From contig CM022671.1 in NCBI GenBank assembly GCA_012295275.1, positions 30,690,001-30,754,000 on the forward strand: DNA of 64,000 bases. Direction: 5' to 3'. The position numbers and the translations under genes are program-made. The first letter of the stretch is position 1; every line of letters begins with the position of its first letter. The stretch is from Chrysomallon squamiferum. Taxonomy: Eukaryota; Animalia; Mollusca. The notes below the pieces were generated by a model. That model did not search any database. It was given only the letters and a program-made list of their open reading frames with translations, and was not told the origin of the DNA. Below, piece by piece: positions 35,945 through 51,576 of the stretch.

Positions 35945-38900
35945 CATCTCATCACGTCATATTATTCAGAGGATGAAGCATTGGGTAATAAAGTAGTGAT
36001 GAAGGGATTTTTTTTTTTTTTTTTTATCTGATAAGAATGTGAAAGACTAGAAATTATTTGAGGGTATAAAACAGATAAAAAAGATTAAAAAAAAAAAAAA
36101 TAAAAAATAAAATATAGGAAGAAATGAAAACTGCTCTGAAATTAAAAACAGATGGATGTAAATTGTTTCACTTTATGATCTGCCGGGGTGCGTACAACGA
36201 AACGAATAAAATAAGCGTCGTTATATTTTGTGTATCTCTTCCTTTTAGAATAATTTCTTATCTTTTCAAGTGTTTTTGAAACGCCAGTGATAAGCCTTTT
36301 GGAAAGGCCATGCCAGACGTGAATATTAGCTAATATAAAAGAGATGTAAGGAGTTAAGTAACACAACTGAAAACTGATACATTTATCTCTTTATCTGTGC
36401 GTCTACCTATCTATACTAGCTTTCCATATATCTATCTAATTCACACATTAATATGTTCATTCATTATTTCATTCATTAAAACATTTTTTTTTTACATCTA
36501 TCCAGTAAGCTTTTGTACCAGTTTTCAGACAAACGTTTCCAAGCATCTTCAGCAGTTTTAAAAGACATATACAATTTTTTTAAAAACACATCTGATACTT
36601 TAAATATCATTATGATCGTTAAAGTGAAAGTAAAACGTTTGCCAGTTCGACTTGCCTCTTACTTATAAAGCAATTTCACGCGTTTTAAAATTTTACACAC
36701 AAATAAATCAGCAAAATCTGTTTTAATTTCCTCCGTCTTACCGGAGGCCACCGCAGTAACGTGACCAAAGGTATAACTAATAACGTCTCAAGAACTCTTT
36801 CGTAAAAACGATTTCCTCTTTTGAAGAGCTTTCAGAAGCAGACGGTAATCAAACTGAAGTGTCAGGGGTGGGTCGGGAATTTCAGAAAAAAAAAGAAGGA
36901 AGCAACCGTTATTACGATGGATATAACTTTCAAGATGAAACGAGTTTAATTAAAGAGAAGAAGAAGAAGAAGAAAAAATGAGCGGGTTAAAAAAAAGAAG
37001 AATAATTAAAATGGGGGAGGGGATGCACTAAGTTCACACCCCTCTGTGTCCTTCCTTGAATGTTTTTTTTTGTTTGTTCTTAATTTAACTGAATGATTTC
37101 AAGGGGCTGTTTCTGTTTAGATATTAAATTTTCCTACGTTTCAGCAGGATTGGAAGAAGCTTCTCAAGATGAGAAAAACACTTTTCTGGAAAGTCAAAGT
37201 AAATAATGAACTACTACACTGCAGAGTAATTGAAGTTTACGCCTAAGGCTGCGAGTCTTCCATAATGACCAATTTTAAGAGATTAAGAGACTTACTGAGC
37301 ATGAAAAGTAAGTTAGTTTAGATATCGTAAGAAAAACTGATTGTCTGTTAGTTTAGTTATAGAAAGGAAATATTAAGATTAAGATTACTGATGGGTATAA
37401 TTAAGTTTGTTTAGAGTAGTGGAATTTTCTTTTAATAATTCTGTGTTATAGTATAGGCTAGTTTTCTCGGTAACAGCTAACTTTTAAACGAATTAACTAA
37501 CTGATCGTTGATTAAAATAGCTTTGTGTCTTTATGTCTTAATAGACATTTTTTCAACGAAATCTTCTATAAAAATGATTGTACTACGTTAAAAAGTTACT
37601 TTAGACTGCAAAAAGAACTGGAATAGCTATATACTTAAGTGTTGTTGTTTTTTGTTGTTTTTTATAACTGCAGTATTCTGATTAACTAACTAAACAAATA
37701 AGCAAATGGTAATGTAATATCATTGGTACATCAGCGGGAAACGGTTCTGGAATTTCTTCTTGATAGTTCTTATATTTAACTGATTGCACGGCATGTTGAA
37801 GTTATTTTAGAGATTGGAAACATGCGAGTCGTAATAAGAAAACCAGATTTCTTTATAAAAAACTGACTGGATAACTAACTAACTGTCTTTTCGAATCGGT
37901 TGAAAAATGTTAACGTAATGTTCTCTAAAGTATCACTAGAAAACACTGATTAAATTTCTATTGTAAAATATCAGTACAAGTCAGTGTGATATTTCTATCA
38001 GAGACTCGTCCGAAAAAATATGGTACATTTTTCCCATTATTATAAAATATATCTTATATGCACGCATCTTCCTAATGATGAAAATATTGTTACATGTTCT
38101 ATAATAAGGCGCGGGCATCGGTTAGATTGGGAAATAGAGCAATCGGGCATAATGATACGATCTGAACTTGCGACGTCTTTGTTTCAACCACTGTTTAAAA
38201 CAATACGTATACCACCGTCAGCTGAACTTGTTGTTTGTTTAGTTGTATTAATCTGTTATTATTTACAAACAAAACACAGTGCAGTGTGTGTTAACATTAG
38301 TCTCAACGTGTTTTTACCGAGTCCTTCACTTGAGGTTGTACAGAGTTTTACACGTTTTTCACGCTCAAGCGTCAATTATATTCATCCATTACTGAGCGCT
38401 GGTTGCTGATAACATTAACATCCATCACACTGCTGTGTGTATTAAATTATCAACGTTTTATCTTTCAACAGTTTCACCCTTAACAATGTATTCTACAGAT
38501 TGTACCATGCTTCTGAAATTCATAGCAAAAACAAAACTTTCAACCCCCCAAAAAAACAACAAAAACACAAAACAAAAAAGGCAACAACAAAAACAAGTTT
38601 AGCGATCTCAAATACAAATTGGTGATAAAACTTGAAAACGTTGATTAAATTTTTATCGTTGGTGATATTAGGTGTTTATTATATAACTTTATAATCTTCA
38701 CAGAAAGAAAAAAATGTTACATATTTTAACTAGAATCAGGAAACGTTTAATGTGCACATCGTCACAGTAATTAAGGCATGAATCCTGATGGTTTGATGAA
38801 CCCATGAGCACTTTCTTGAATTGGAAAAAGTCCCTGGTGACCTAATAGCACTCAGATGCAGTCGATGCACTGAACTGAAACCACGTTACGCCTTATTATG

Positions 38901-40329
38901 CAGAGATTATAATTATTATATTTTCAATAGCGTCAACAGATGCTTTACGCTTCGAAATGGGAACGCGAATATTTTCCTCTTCATCAACTGTTTAACAGAT
39001 TATAATGCCAGCTGACGAACGCGATACATCGATAAGTAAATATATACGTTTTACGACTGTACCGGAGACTTACGTTTGACGTAAACTAAACAAGCATCAG
39101 CCTAACTACTTTACAGTCTTAAGGGGGCCGAATTCTCGTGTCGCAAAAAGTCATTCTCTGTAACCTCGTGTTGGGTCGACTGAAATTTCCCGAGGTTTAA
39201 AGTCTTGCCAGTATGGCGGCAGTTAATACTTAGAAAGAAAGGGCTTGCTATAAAACTTACATTGTTCAGAAACACAAAGTCTTAATTATTATCTGTGATA
39301 ATGTAAACGCCATTATACTTCTGTATGTTGCATGTGAAAACAGACATCGTACCTCAATGATTTCGAGAAGGAAGACGATATCAAAGAGTGTAAATGAACT
39401 GTGATCCAGAGTATACTATTTCAGTTATAGTCTTTAATGTGTAAGAGAGATGGTAGCCCTAATCACAACAATAACAGTGGAAATAAAAGGAGTCTGTCTC
39501 TTACTGTCAGAATCATTTAGGTTTCAGTCAGTCATAGTTTTTGCATGTACAAGTGTTGGTAGCCATGATTACAACAATAATATTGTAAATGAGTTTAACT
39601 CTTACTGTTGGCGTAATTCGGTTCTTGTTTCAAAACTATATATTACAAAAACTATTACTATAAGATGCGATATATTAAAACACACATTATAATATTATAT
39701 ATATCATTACACACTACTGTATTTTATAACAGATCAAATAATTACAAATACTCGAGTTAAATGCTGCAGCCATTAAGCAACGTTTTAACGTTGATCTATG
39801 TATATTTGAACAGTATTAAAAGCCCAGAAGCGCGGCCAGACACAGTAAGTCGATAGAAGGTATTAAACCTTCGCGATTCTCAAAAGGCGATAACTCGTTA
39901 CTTTTACGTATTACAAGTGTCAACAAGAGAAGTTTATCACATTTAAAGATTAGCTCATGTTGACAGAAGGTCACTGGGGAAACGATACGCTTATCTTCGT
40001 TAGATAATTTTCTGCGGATATTTAATCCAGTCGATAGTGCAATGTGCATTAAATCAGCTACTTTTCGTTATCTATAGGTAAAAGCATTTATTGCTGTTTC
40101 AATCCGATGTATTAACTCGGTAAGTAAATGCTTTTATTATTCCAAATATTTTTATTAAATATGTGTTAACTATGTATAATAATACACACAGATTTGCTTA
40201 CTTTTAATTAACGGTTTGTGGATGTATTTACTGTCTTTTGTCCAATTCGTATTACGGTTGCATTGTCAAGCATACTTTCGTTTAACTGTCAGCAGAGAAA
40301 TATTTGTTCTCTTCTTCCTGTTAATATGA

Positions 40330-40430
40330 AATGTCTCTTGCGGTGAACACAAACTGAAGTGGATTTCATCTGAAGAACTGGCAGAATTACCAAATGTTTG
40401 ACATCCAGTATCTGATGACTACAGATTAAC
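40330..40430 (+). mobile_element. decayed SINE 3' fragment
   Basis: ggatttcatctgaagaactggcagaattaccaaatgtttgacatccagtatctgatga resembles a gastropod SINE tail as recalled. A weaker related piece lies at ~42900-42965. Not search-verified. Confidence 0.4.
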
Positions 40431-41622
40431 GTTTTAGTAATACGACATCGATTTTGTGTTGATAATTATGAACTGGAGCAGAGACAGTTAGATTAATATT
40501 TTCAACTTGGAGAATTATTTAATTTTTTTTATTTTATAAGTAAAAATTAAGATTTGTGTTATACATAGGTCTAATAGAAATACATTTGTAGGGATAACAC
40601 GAGAGACACGGATTGTTAAATTGGAATGAACGAAAAAGCGGGTCAAAATTTTTCTTATTGATAAAATAATTAGTAGCGATAATAGTTATAGTTGTAGTTG
40701 TAGTCGTAGTAGTAGTAGACGTAGCCGTCGTAGTGTAGTTACAACAGCAGCATAATCATCAAAAACAGAACTAGTAGTATAGTTTTATTATTATTTTTCG
40801 GTTATTTTATTCTGAAAAAAAGACCACCTATCATTTTCAAATAGTAAAGATAAAAATCCCGACAACAATAACAACAACACCACCAAAATAACAATACTAT
40901 CCAGGAGAAAAACAACAATAAAAACACCAAGAAAAAAAATCCCCACAGGAAATAACGTCAGCACTACATTAGGCCACGTCAGTTGTTAAGCTGCTTATTT
41001 AAATATTTAAACTTAACAGTGAATGATGATTCACTTAAAAAGAAAAATAGCTTCGTACATTGTCAGTCGTTGACAAATTTACTCACAGTTAAACACACCA
41101 GGAGCCGTTCCCAAGGGCGGGTCTAGACGTGTTTGGGGGGGGAGAGGGTGTCTCAACAGGCAGATATATCGAAGAGATATCTATATTTACACTACTGAAA
41201 TTCGGCTGATACTGTCCGTATTGTAAACTGGTATTGGAGAGAATGTTTTCAGTGCACGTTTTGGTAGGATTAGTTAGAGGTTTCGCAGGAAGTGGTACTG
41301 AAGCCCCACGGGCGACCACTCTGCGCCAGCGCGTCACGTGTAGGTTTTATCTGAATCATCTTTACGTCGTTCCTTTGTTGGCGTCTGTTTGAGCAGACGG
41401 CGTCGTGTCTGTTGTTGACAAATCGATAAGTCATCCATCACACGCAAACTGGCGCTTTGCTCACCTGCAGGCATCCACCTGGCTCTTAGCGCTTGATTAA
41501 ACGTCTCTGTCTGTTCTGTTGTGTTGTGTGAGAGAGAGTGTTTTTGTGTGTGTGACTGTTCGTGTTTGAGAGAGAACAGAGAGAATGAGCTGGGAGAGAT
41601 AGGATTTCCTTAAACGACTGTA

Positions 41623-41983
41623 ATTTGTGTTGAGAATAAAATAAAAAAAAATGTCTGATATCCGATATGCTAGGACAAAAAAAAAAAAATATATATATTT
41701 ACATTGAAACAAAACATTAAATAATAATAAAAACAACAACAGAAACAACAACAACAACAACGACAATATAAATATTAATATTAATATTGATACTAATATT
41801 ATTTGTGTTGAGAACAAAAAAAAATGTCTGATATCCGATATGCTATGACAAAAATATATATATATATATTTACATTGAAACAAAACATTAAAGAATAATA
41901 ATAACAACAACAACAGCAGCAACAACAACAACAACGACAATATAAATATTAATATTAATATTAATATTGATACTAATATTATT
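41623..41983. repeat. two-copy tandem duplication (~180 bp unit)
   Basis: atttgtgttgagaa...atgtctgatatccgatatgcta...tttacattgaaacaaaacattaa...cgacaatataaatattaatattaatattgatactaatatt occurs twice. Confidence 0.9.
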
Positions 41984-44006
41984 CTTGTTCTTGTTCTTCT
42001 TCTTATTATTATTACATCATAAGATCATATTATCAGACACATAATAAAAATATTATCTTTTCCGCATCGTCACTTTCTCTTAATAACGAAACATCTCACT
42101 CCAGAGGGTCAACGACTATCACGCCCTTGATGAATTGAAAATCTATTTCCATTAGGAAAAACGGAGTAATTTAATAACCCGTGCTTAATGATAAAGCAAA
42201 GAACCAGATGGAAGACTGGCGTTTTGGTCCCCATCTATCATTGCCATCGCGGCCTCGTTCTGATACCATATCCTGACAAGAAAGATCAGTCTAGCCAAAG
42301 CAAACGCTGATAAAGTATCGGTTTTGTTTGGTTTTACAGTAATTAAAGTGTAAAGATAACCAGCAAACAACGACATTTTCAACCATTCTTTTTTTTTTTT
42401 TTTTTTTTAATATATCTTATGTTCCTCTTCATTATTAATATTTGTTGTTTTCAAAAGTGTTGATATATAAATACTATTTTGTTAATAGATAAATATACAG
42501 CAAAATTTACCAATTTGAAACCAGTTTAAATTATCGAATTTATTGCTAATCACCTCCCATTACCTAATAGACAACAGTTTAGCTACGCTGACTAGAATAT
42601 GACTGACTACCGGGACCAAGTTCTGTTATTATTGTTTGTTGGGTCCGCTGAAGTTTTTCCCAAAGCATAAAGTTTCACAGTCTGATAGAGGTTAATACTT
42701 AGCAAACAGAGGTGCTGCAAGGCATTATTTTTAAAGAGCGGGAAATCGAAGGATCAAATCTCGTCAGTGTCTCCACTAGTACACATTTAGTTAGTTATTA
42801 TTTTATCCAAGGCCGTTCATATCAGTATTTAAAGTAGATACAAAATACTTCTTGTTACTATTGCTACTACTACTACTACTACTACTACGACTACTACTCT
42901 GTGGAGTTATCGGGTTTCCTCCTTACATCGTATCATTACAGAATTACATGACGAATACCAAACGTAATAATTCTTAATTTAAAATACGCTAACCTGTCTT
43001 CAAAGAAGTTTAAAAATCGGTTACTGTAACAATATGTGTAACAGTAGATTTCAAAATAATATAAATATAAAGGGAAACAATATAAAATTTAAGAAAAAGA
43101 AAATTAAAAGGTAATTTGAAAATCAATATCCAGTGAGAATGGTGATCCATGTTTTGATAATTACAAGATTAAATTATAAATGTAAAATTTATGCTTTTAA
43201 AATCTCTGGTACCAATACTCCACTCACAGAGCCGTGAAATATTTCATTTTAATCCTTTTCAACGGGTGCAATATCAAATTTTACCCTGCGATATAATTAT
43301 ATTAATTTTTCAGGATTTTTATGATTAATGGCTGATAAGGTTAAAAAACACAGCTTTTAATCGGCACATGCGAAATGCTTTTCTTTGTTTCTTTAATGCC
43401 ACCGATATCACTGAAAATCTAGCCTCCTAAACGAAACAAGTAAAAACAAAGCTAATAAATAAAAGAAAAGGGGATAGATTCTATGACCAGCGTGAAGGCC
43501 AGCTGTTGTTCTCGTTTTTGAAATGGTAATTAGGTCGAGTTGTGGATAGGACAAACAAAAGGATAAACTAGTTGAAAATGTTTTTATGTATCCATGCATT
43601 TTGATCAGTCGTTGTTTTAAGTTAATGGAATGGTCGCTTGTTGAAATTACCGATATTAATTTGTCACTGAAATTAACTAATTGTTTAGAAATGGTAAATG
43701 AGGACCTTAATGGATAATAATAATAATAATAATGATGATGAAGATGATGATGATGATAAACTGCAATAATATGAATCTTGAACTAGTTTATATTATTCAA
43801 CAGAAATGTAAAATTAAACATGTTTTCAGTTGTCCAGTTCCCTATACTTACATATAATTATAAAAATTACTTCTACTACTACTGCTACTACTACTACTAC
43901 TACTAATATTTGTGCTTCTACTACTGTAATTAGTACTATTATATTATTACAATTGTCATTATTGCTGCTGTTAATATTACTAGTACAATTATTATTGTTA
44001 TACTAT

Positions 44007-44038
<32 letters not shown>

Positions 44039-44829
44039 ATAATAATAATAATAACAATAATAACAATAATAGTAATAATTATAGAAGAAACTGAAAACCC
44101 ATTACAAGCCTGTGTTCCCGATGTAAAAGTATAAACATATCAGAGTTCTCAATGAGTCATATCGCCAATCAATCAGAATTTCTTTTTCTACTCACAAAAA
44201 TTCCCAATCAGCATGCACCACGTTACTTAGCCAATAGTGAAATCTGGGCAAACACTTGAATCATGTTCTTTAAGAACCTTGAAACCATTAAAAAACACAC
44301 ACTAATATTTTCGAAATTAAAAGAAGAAAATGAAATGGGCTAAAAATGTTTTCTTCTGAATAAAACTCACGGAATAATTATTTAAAAAAAAAAAAAAAAA
44401 AAAAAAAATTCCTTTTTCGTTTTTTTTTTTTTGCCTCACTGAACCTGTTGATTAGAAATGGCTTTTAAGGCAGTTTCCATTCTTAAATGGCGACAGTAAA
44501 CCTCCGGCTTCGACATCTTGTCGAGAAATGTCCGCATTCTTTCTTTCAGAACGTCTGTTTTGTATTATTACGTGTTATGGATCCCTGGAGAATGGTTAGT
44601 TTGAATCGGCTCATAAAAAGTAACGTACGCCAGGAAATGTTGCCGGCTCGTCAAGGCTGTTCAGCGTTTCGAGTGTAGCCAGTCAGAAGCAGCTTAAGAA
44701 CGAAGTGTTAGACTGAAACATTGAATCGATGAATGTTTAACGACGACTGAAATCTTTTTGAAGTAGGTTATTCGACAACTGAAATCGTTTTGAAGTAGGT
44801 TATTCTTCGAATGATGAAACTCGGTGTTA

Positions 44830-45565
44830 TATTTAACTATTATCTGTTAAATTTGGATGTCAGTTATGTGTTTACTCCTGTTTGACATATTTATTTCATA
44901 TTTATTGTTATTTTTGTGACAGTATTACGTTTTCTTCTGATGATAAAAATGAGAGGATTCCCGCTGTCGCGGTTTATTGAATATTAACTTGTTGTTTGGT
45001 GCCAGATTATGTGTTTATTTCTATACGATATATTTATTTATCGTTTTTCGGTGATAGTAATAATAATTATTATATTTTCTCATGACTGAATTAGAGGAAG
45101 CACGTTGTATTTAATATTAACTGTTGTTTGGTGACAATTACAAGTTTATTTTTATAACTACGAAACGAAGGGAAAAAGCTGCTACGATATATTTAATATT
45201 ACCAGTTATTTGATGTCAGTTTTATTTTATGTGAGTAATTTTAAAGGGAAACCTGTTGTCGTGATTTGCTTGATATCACTGGTTATACGAAAACAGTCAA
45301 ATATTTTCTTGTATAATAAGAAACGAGAAAAAATCCTTGCCGTGACTCATAATACAAGACCAGTGTCTCTTATATTTTGCTCTGAATAATTATGAAAGAA
45401 GACTTATTATAAGCCTGATTTATTTAATGTTACCAGTTATGTGGTGATAATAACGATGTTTGGTTTCTATAATTATGAAACGAGAAGAAACCCGTTGCTA
45501 CCACAGATTTAATGATTAATCATTATTTGGTGTCAGTTACATTTTTATGTGTATAATTATGAAGG
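44830..45565. repeat. degenerate ~80-bp minisatellite
   Basis: Recurrent atatttaatattaccagttatttg(g/a)tgtcagttatgtgtttatttctataattatgaaacgag...gttg units. Confidence 0.75.
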
Positions 45566-46353
45566 GCTATCTGCTGTCGCCTCTCATCGACAACTCTTAC
45601 TGGTTAGTTGTCTGTGATGTCTTATGTGTACCATCCCATAGACAGAAAGAAAGAAAGAAAAAAAAAAAACCGACAGCAGCAACAAACCAACCAAAAAACG
45701 GGATATAATCTAATGAATCCACTGAATTTAAAGAGATTCAACGACCTATCAAACTCCAGCTCCGCATGTTTTTGTCTCTTAACATTCAAAGTTAAAAGAA
45801 CAACATGGCTGCAGTATTCATTCAAGCTTTTCATCAAAAATACGCCAGACAGCGTTTTGCTTTAAAACCAGCCGATAGAACTATGCCCTACAGAAAAAGA
45901 GAACAAATTTAATTAAATCAGACAGCAGCAGACTGTGGCAAAATTCTCCATTTCCTGCTGTTCATGCAAAAATAATTTTCTCCGAGGATCAAAGAAAAGG
46001 TTTTATCTCTTCCACGTGCGCGTATGAATGCAGAAAGTATTTTGAAAGATTTCTGAATAGCGGATTAACCGATGATGTCTCGAGAGCCGCACGTGATTCA
46101 GATTCCTAACAAAAGAGGTGAACATAATGAGAAGCTGAGGTTGATATCGAAAAGGTATTAATAAAGGTACTGATAAAGAAAAGCAAAGTAATAGAACAAG
46201 AGTATTGATTTGAAAGGTCGGATGGTGAACTTTCGAGACATAAATGTAAAATTAAAGCCAACATAAAATACATATTTAATAACAAACATAATACATACAC
46301 ACATACACACCCACACAGACACCTGTTTTATTATTATTATGATTGTGATTGTG

Positions 46354-46407
<54 letters not shown>

Positions 46408-47823
46408 TACACGATAATTATATCAGTGTATCAGATTAGAATTTCGGCTTGAAAGCGGCGGGCATCAATCAGTGCCAAGAACGTTAAAGTTATTATTCCC
46501 AGTGGCAGGTGATTTGCGCAAGTAGGTCTGTACTTTGGATTAAGTTAACCATACATTTGTTATTAATTAAACTAGTAAATTCATAATCAGATTAACTTAT
46601 AAAATGTTTATCATATTAACTAGCAAATTCTTTATCAGTTTAACTCATAAATTCATTAGTTTCATCACACGAGAAAGTAAATGTTCACAACCCAGTCTGA
46701 TATTCAACAGATGGTTCTAGGTTAAAAAAAAAAAAAAGAAATATACCAACACAAAACAACGTCTGCTAAAACTATCACAGGTGTAAATGTTAAAACTCTA
46801 TAATTTCGGAAACGAAGCAGATTCATCAAACTCAACGTCTTCTCGTATGTACGGATACCAGAAACCAATTTACCAACCAAGAGGTCTTGCCACAGTGGTG
46901 ATGAAGGAAAGCAGATGCCGCATTTACGTCAAGGGGTTAAAAGGCCGGCTCTTGTTTTTAAGCCGAGGATGTTGAGACGATGCTGGCGACTGATGAATCC
47001 AGGGATTCGTCTTCCAGCCTCGCACACAGAAATACCCTCCGTGTTGTCAGCTTCGCCAGTTAAGAAGCAATCACACGACGGAAGCGGTCACATCAGTTCA
47101 TCTTGCAATCAATCATCTTGGTATAATTTGGTAATTTAAGATCTTTACGATGATCAATAACTTCATAACCCCATACACCACTGCTGGACGCGCACACAGC
47201 GCTATAATAGCCGTGCATTATAAGTTTGTATAGGAATTCCGGATCGCCGAGCCGTTTCCAAGACGAAATAACTTTTCGTCATCACGAATCCAATTTCGTC
47301 TTCGTGTGTTTTTGATACTTTTTCAGTTTTTGAAAAATGTTTTAGTTTCTTGATTTGTTTCCTTCGATTCGCAATCGAAATCGATAAAAGTGGAAATTAA
47401 GAGTAGCTGTCATTTCTCTTCTTTAGCGTCGGCTAGATGGAACAGAAACATTGCGTGTATTTGTCAAGTAGAATGAAAACTCAAATGATAGGCTGATTAT
47501 GATGATTTGGTAGAAAATCGTTTTCCATTTGATGATTCTACTGATCGATGCAATAATTTCCTGACAACTTAGAAACATTAAAAATCACACGTGAAAGTTC
47601 ACATTTGTATTAAAGAAGATTCGTCTCCATTAGAATTTCTAAGAGCAGATTTGCTGTACTTGTGTATTTTTCATTGTTTACGTATATTCACAGTTATTAC
47701 AGACATACGTAACTATACTTAAACATTTGAATTTGTAATTAATAAATAATTATCTTGATTAAAATTCATTTGAATATTTTCATTAATAGAGATATGGATA
47801 GGAAAATATATATATATATATAC

Positions 47824-47918
<95 letters not shown>

Positions 47919-48669
47919 GGGATCTTTATGAAGTACAAATAAAAAAAATAAAAAAATAGAGAAACGGGAAAAAAAAGAAATGTCCTCAATCCGGATTTAA
48001 AATAATTGTTAGAATCAGAATTAAAATATCGATTGAATTTTAACTCCTAAACCAGTCAGAGAAACACAAATAACCCAACCCAAGTGAAAAACTGAGTCGC
48101 GAAATCAACCATTCCTAATTATCTCCCTTAAGGGATTCACCGGAAAAACATTAAACACGAACAATGCGCGAGAAAAACTCGGCCGCCGCTAACAAGAGAT
48201 GAACAGTAAATGATTTCATGCTTTTAGATCGATACAAATTCAATGTTTCAAATCAGAGTGTTCCAGCCCGTGTTTGTCGGCGCGGTGGATTGTCGAAGTC
48301 GTCGAGGTGATGTGACATTTTTCAACATATTGATCCCTGTCGTTGACAATTGCAATGTAATTAATCTGGCCTTAATGACACCGTTTTTCCCCTCATTACC
48401 AGCCGAGCCATGTTGTGTTTCAGACAGTTATCTCTCTGTCGACAAGAAAATAGACGCGATGGTTTTCCCTATCAGTTTAACGTACAGCATGCTGTGGTAT
48501 TTATTCTCTCTTAGTATTGATCATAATTTTACGTATCCTTGTTCCTGTCTATTCCCGTAATACATTTGTTATTGAATAAAGGTATAGAGGTATGTCTGTC
48601 TGTCTGTCTGTCTGTCTGACTGTCTCTCTCTCTCTTGACTGAGAGAGAGAGAGAGAGGAAAGAGATATA

Positions 48670-48877
<208 letters not shown>

Positions 48878-49589
48878 AGTGAATATATATACCAAAATGT
48901 CTGGGTTTGGATCGTCATATTTAAAGAAGAAAGTCATGGAAGATTTCCCAGAGCTCGGGACCCACATATTAATGGCCGCGTGAAAAAACTATTTAAAATC
49001 GGAAATGGCTATATAAAACGGATTGGGAATGGCGTGATCGAACAAGGATTATAAACATGCCATAAAGACCCACAGCGCCATCCTCGTTTCCTACGTGAGA
49101 AAATGAACTTCATCCAACTTTAAAATTTAATGGCACATTTTCACGGCGAAAGCAGCACACGTAGTACTTTATTCCATTAATGTGCAATATCTGCACTTAC
49201 TAGCCTGGGAACAGAAAGCATGCTTTAAATCAGATCTGTGGGCAAAAGTCGTTAAAAAGAAAAATTCGCTGAAGCAGGTAGTTTTCACTGCCATTGATAT
49301 ACGATATCTGCAGCAAGAGGAGAGACAGGGTCGTTTTAGAATGTCTTGTGTTATAGGGCAGGTGGGAAAATGATAATTTAGGAGGGGGAAAAAAAAAATG
49401 AAAATAACATAATACATTTTAAAATCTGAGCTTATTTATACGGTTAGCTCTAAAGTGGTGACTCGGTGCAAGGCGTCTAGGTAATATTACTAAACCAGAA
49501 CAAAAAAAAATTAATTAGAAAACAGAATAAAATATGAGAAGAAGAAAGAAAAAGCAAACAGGAAGGAAAAGAAATATAGATATTGTGTA

Positions 49590-49687
<98 letters not shown>

Positions 49688-50317
49688 AGGCATAAGAAAG
49701 AATAAACCTAATCAATAATATGAAAAGGAAAAAAGCTTGACATACAACTGAAGTGAAAATGAAAATCATTAAGTCAAAGAACATTCAACGAAATGGCAGT
49801 TATTTTAACTTTAGCAGTTATACCTGTTTCCACAATTACTGTTTGCCGTTCAGTCATTTATCATAGGGAAAAAAAATAAACGAGTTTTCTTCTTAAAATG
49901 ATAGATCTTAGTCTCACCCCCAACCAGCGTAAAAAAAAAAAAAAAAACAGAACACAAAAGACAAAGATACACTGTTGCTGTTATTTTTAAGAAGACCTCA
50001 AAACGTGTTTGTGAAAATGTTTGTGTGAACGTACAGAGAATACTCAGCTGTAGATCAATAAGTTCACACGCCTGCTGGTCGAGTCAGCTGGTTAATTTTT
50101 AATAGGGTTAATAGTGAAGTTACAGTCACTGCACCTACACGTAAATACACGTAAATATTGATTTCTTGGGCCCACGCATTTGTTGAATAATTATAGAACA
50201 AGAACCGATCCCGTAAATATACTGTCTGTTGTAACGACATCGTTCATAACACAATGAAGATTAGCTTTAATTCATGCACTGTATTTAAAAAATAAAATAA
50301 AATAAAATAAAAAATAA

Positions 50318-50352
<35 letters not shown>

Positions 50353-51306
50353 AATACTTGTAAAAAAAAAAAGGAAATAAGTAAAAAACATTTTTACTAA
50401 TAATAATAAAAAAAAAACAAAAACAAAATAACATAACAACAGAAAAAACACGAACAACAACAATTAAAAAGACACACACACACACATGTAAACAAAAAAC
50501 CAGAAACAACCAACCAACCAAAAAAAATCAACAACTATAACAAAACGAAATGTAGCATAATTAATATGTCTGTGTTGATTCATAAGAAAAGTCAAAGCAT
50601 AATACAAAAAACAGATATATGGCCATTTTAATATTTTTAAAAATGTAGAAATAAATTTTAATCAATATGTAATTAACAGAGGAAGAGAGAAAGAAAAACC
50701 AAATCCTCGAACCACTAAACAAGTAGATAATTAACGTATAAAAGAACAATAGCAAAAAACCAGCATGAATGTGTTTTTGTGTTTCTCTGTTCGTGTGTGC
50801 ATGTGTATGCCTGTGTGGTTGTGTATGTGTGTTCGTATGTATGAGAAAGAGAGAATGAAAATAAACGTAAGAATTATCCTAAATAACAAATCACCGAAAA
50901 AAAAAAAACAACAAAGAAACCAAAAAAATAAAAAACATAAACAAAACCACAACAACAAACTACGAAGCTTCAACACTGATCAGAATTCTGAAATGAATGT
51001 TTATAAATTACACGTTAACTGAAAAGAAGAGGAAGAAGAAATGAAGACAAAGTCACGTGTGACACATCTTGAGCGCAGCTTACGAGTTTACGCAAGAGAT
51101 GACGTAATCAATACGCATACATCGACAACGAAGTCTCTTTATGCCGACAATGTCGCGATGACATTAAACGCCTCCGCCGACGTTTCCGGTCATGCCTGGT
51201 CGATTTCCAAAGTGAAAACAGAACAATGCTGTTTTTTCCCCTCAGTATCTAAGAAAAACTTCAGTCCAGGTAGTTATTAGAAGTCTTTCAGAAATCAGAC
51301 AGCAAC

Positions 51307-51482
51307 CCAAGGAGGTATCTATCACATTACCGACTCCCTTTTCTTTTCTTTTTTTGTTGTCAGGGTTTTTTTTTTCTCTTTCTTTAGGCCTGTAATTAAA
51401 CTCATTACATCTTGAATGTTCCACCCAACCCAACGTCGACGCCACCTCCCACAGTTTTCTGTGTTACTGGATCCGCCCTTGG
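51307..51482. mobile_element. possible decayed MITE
   Basis: Left end ccaaggaggtatcta versus reverse complement of right end ccaagggcggatcca (11/15). A similar terminus ccaagggcgggtctag occurs at ~41111. Confidence 0.3.
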
Positions 51483-51576
51483 AGACTATTTGGAGAATTT
51501 GTCAGCAGGTATGTTGACTCATACGCTAATAAAGAATTAAACTCTGATAGCCGATAAAAGCAGAAGAGCGACTTAC

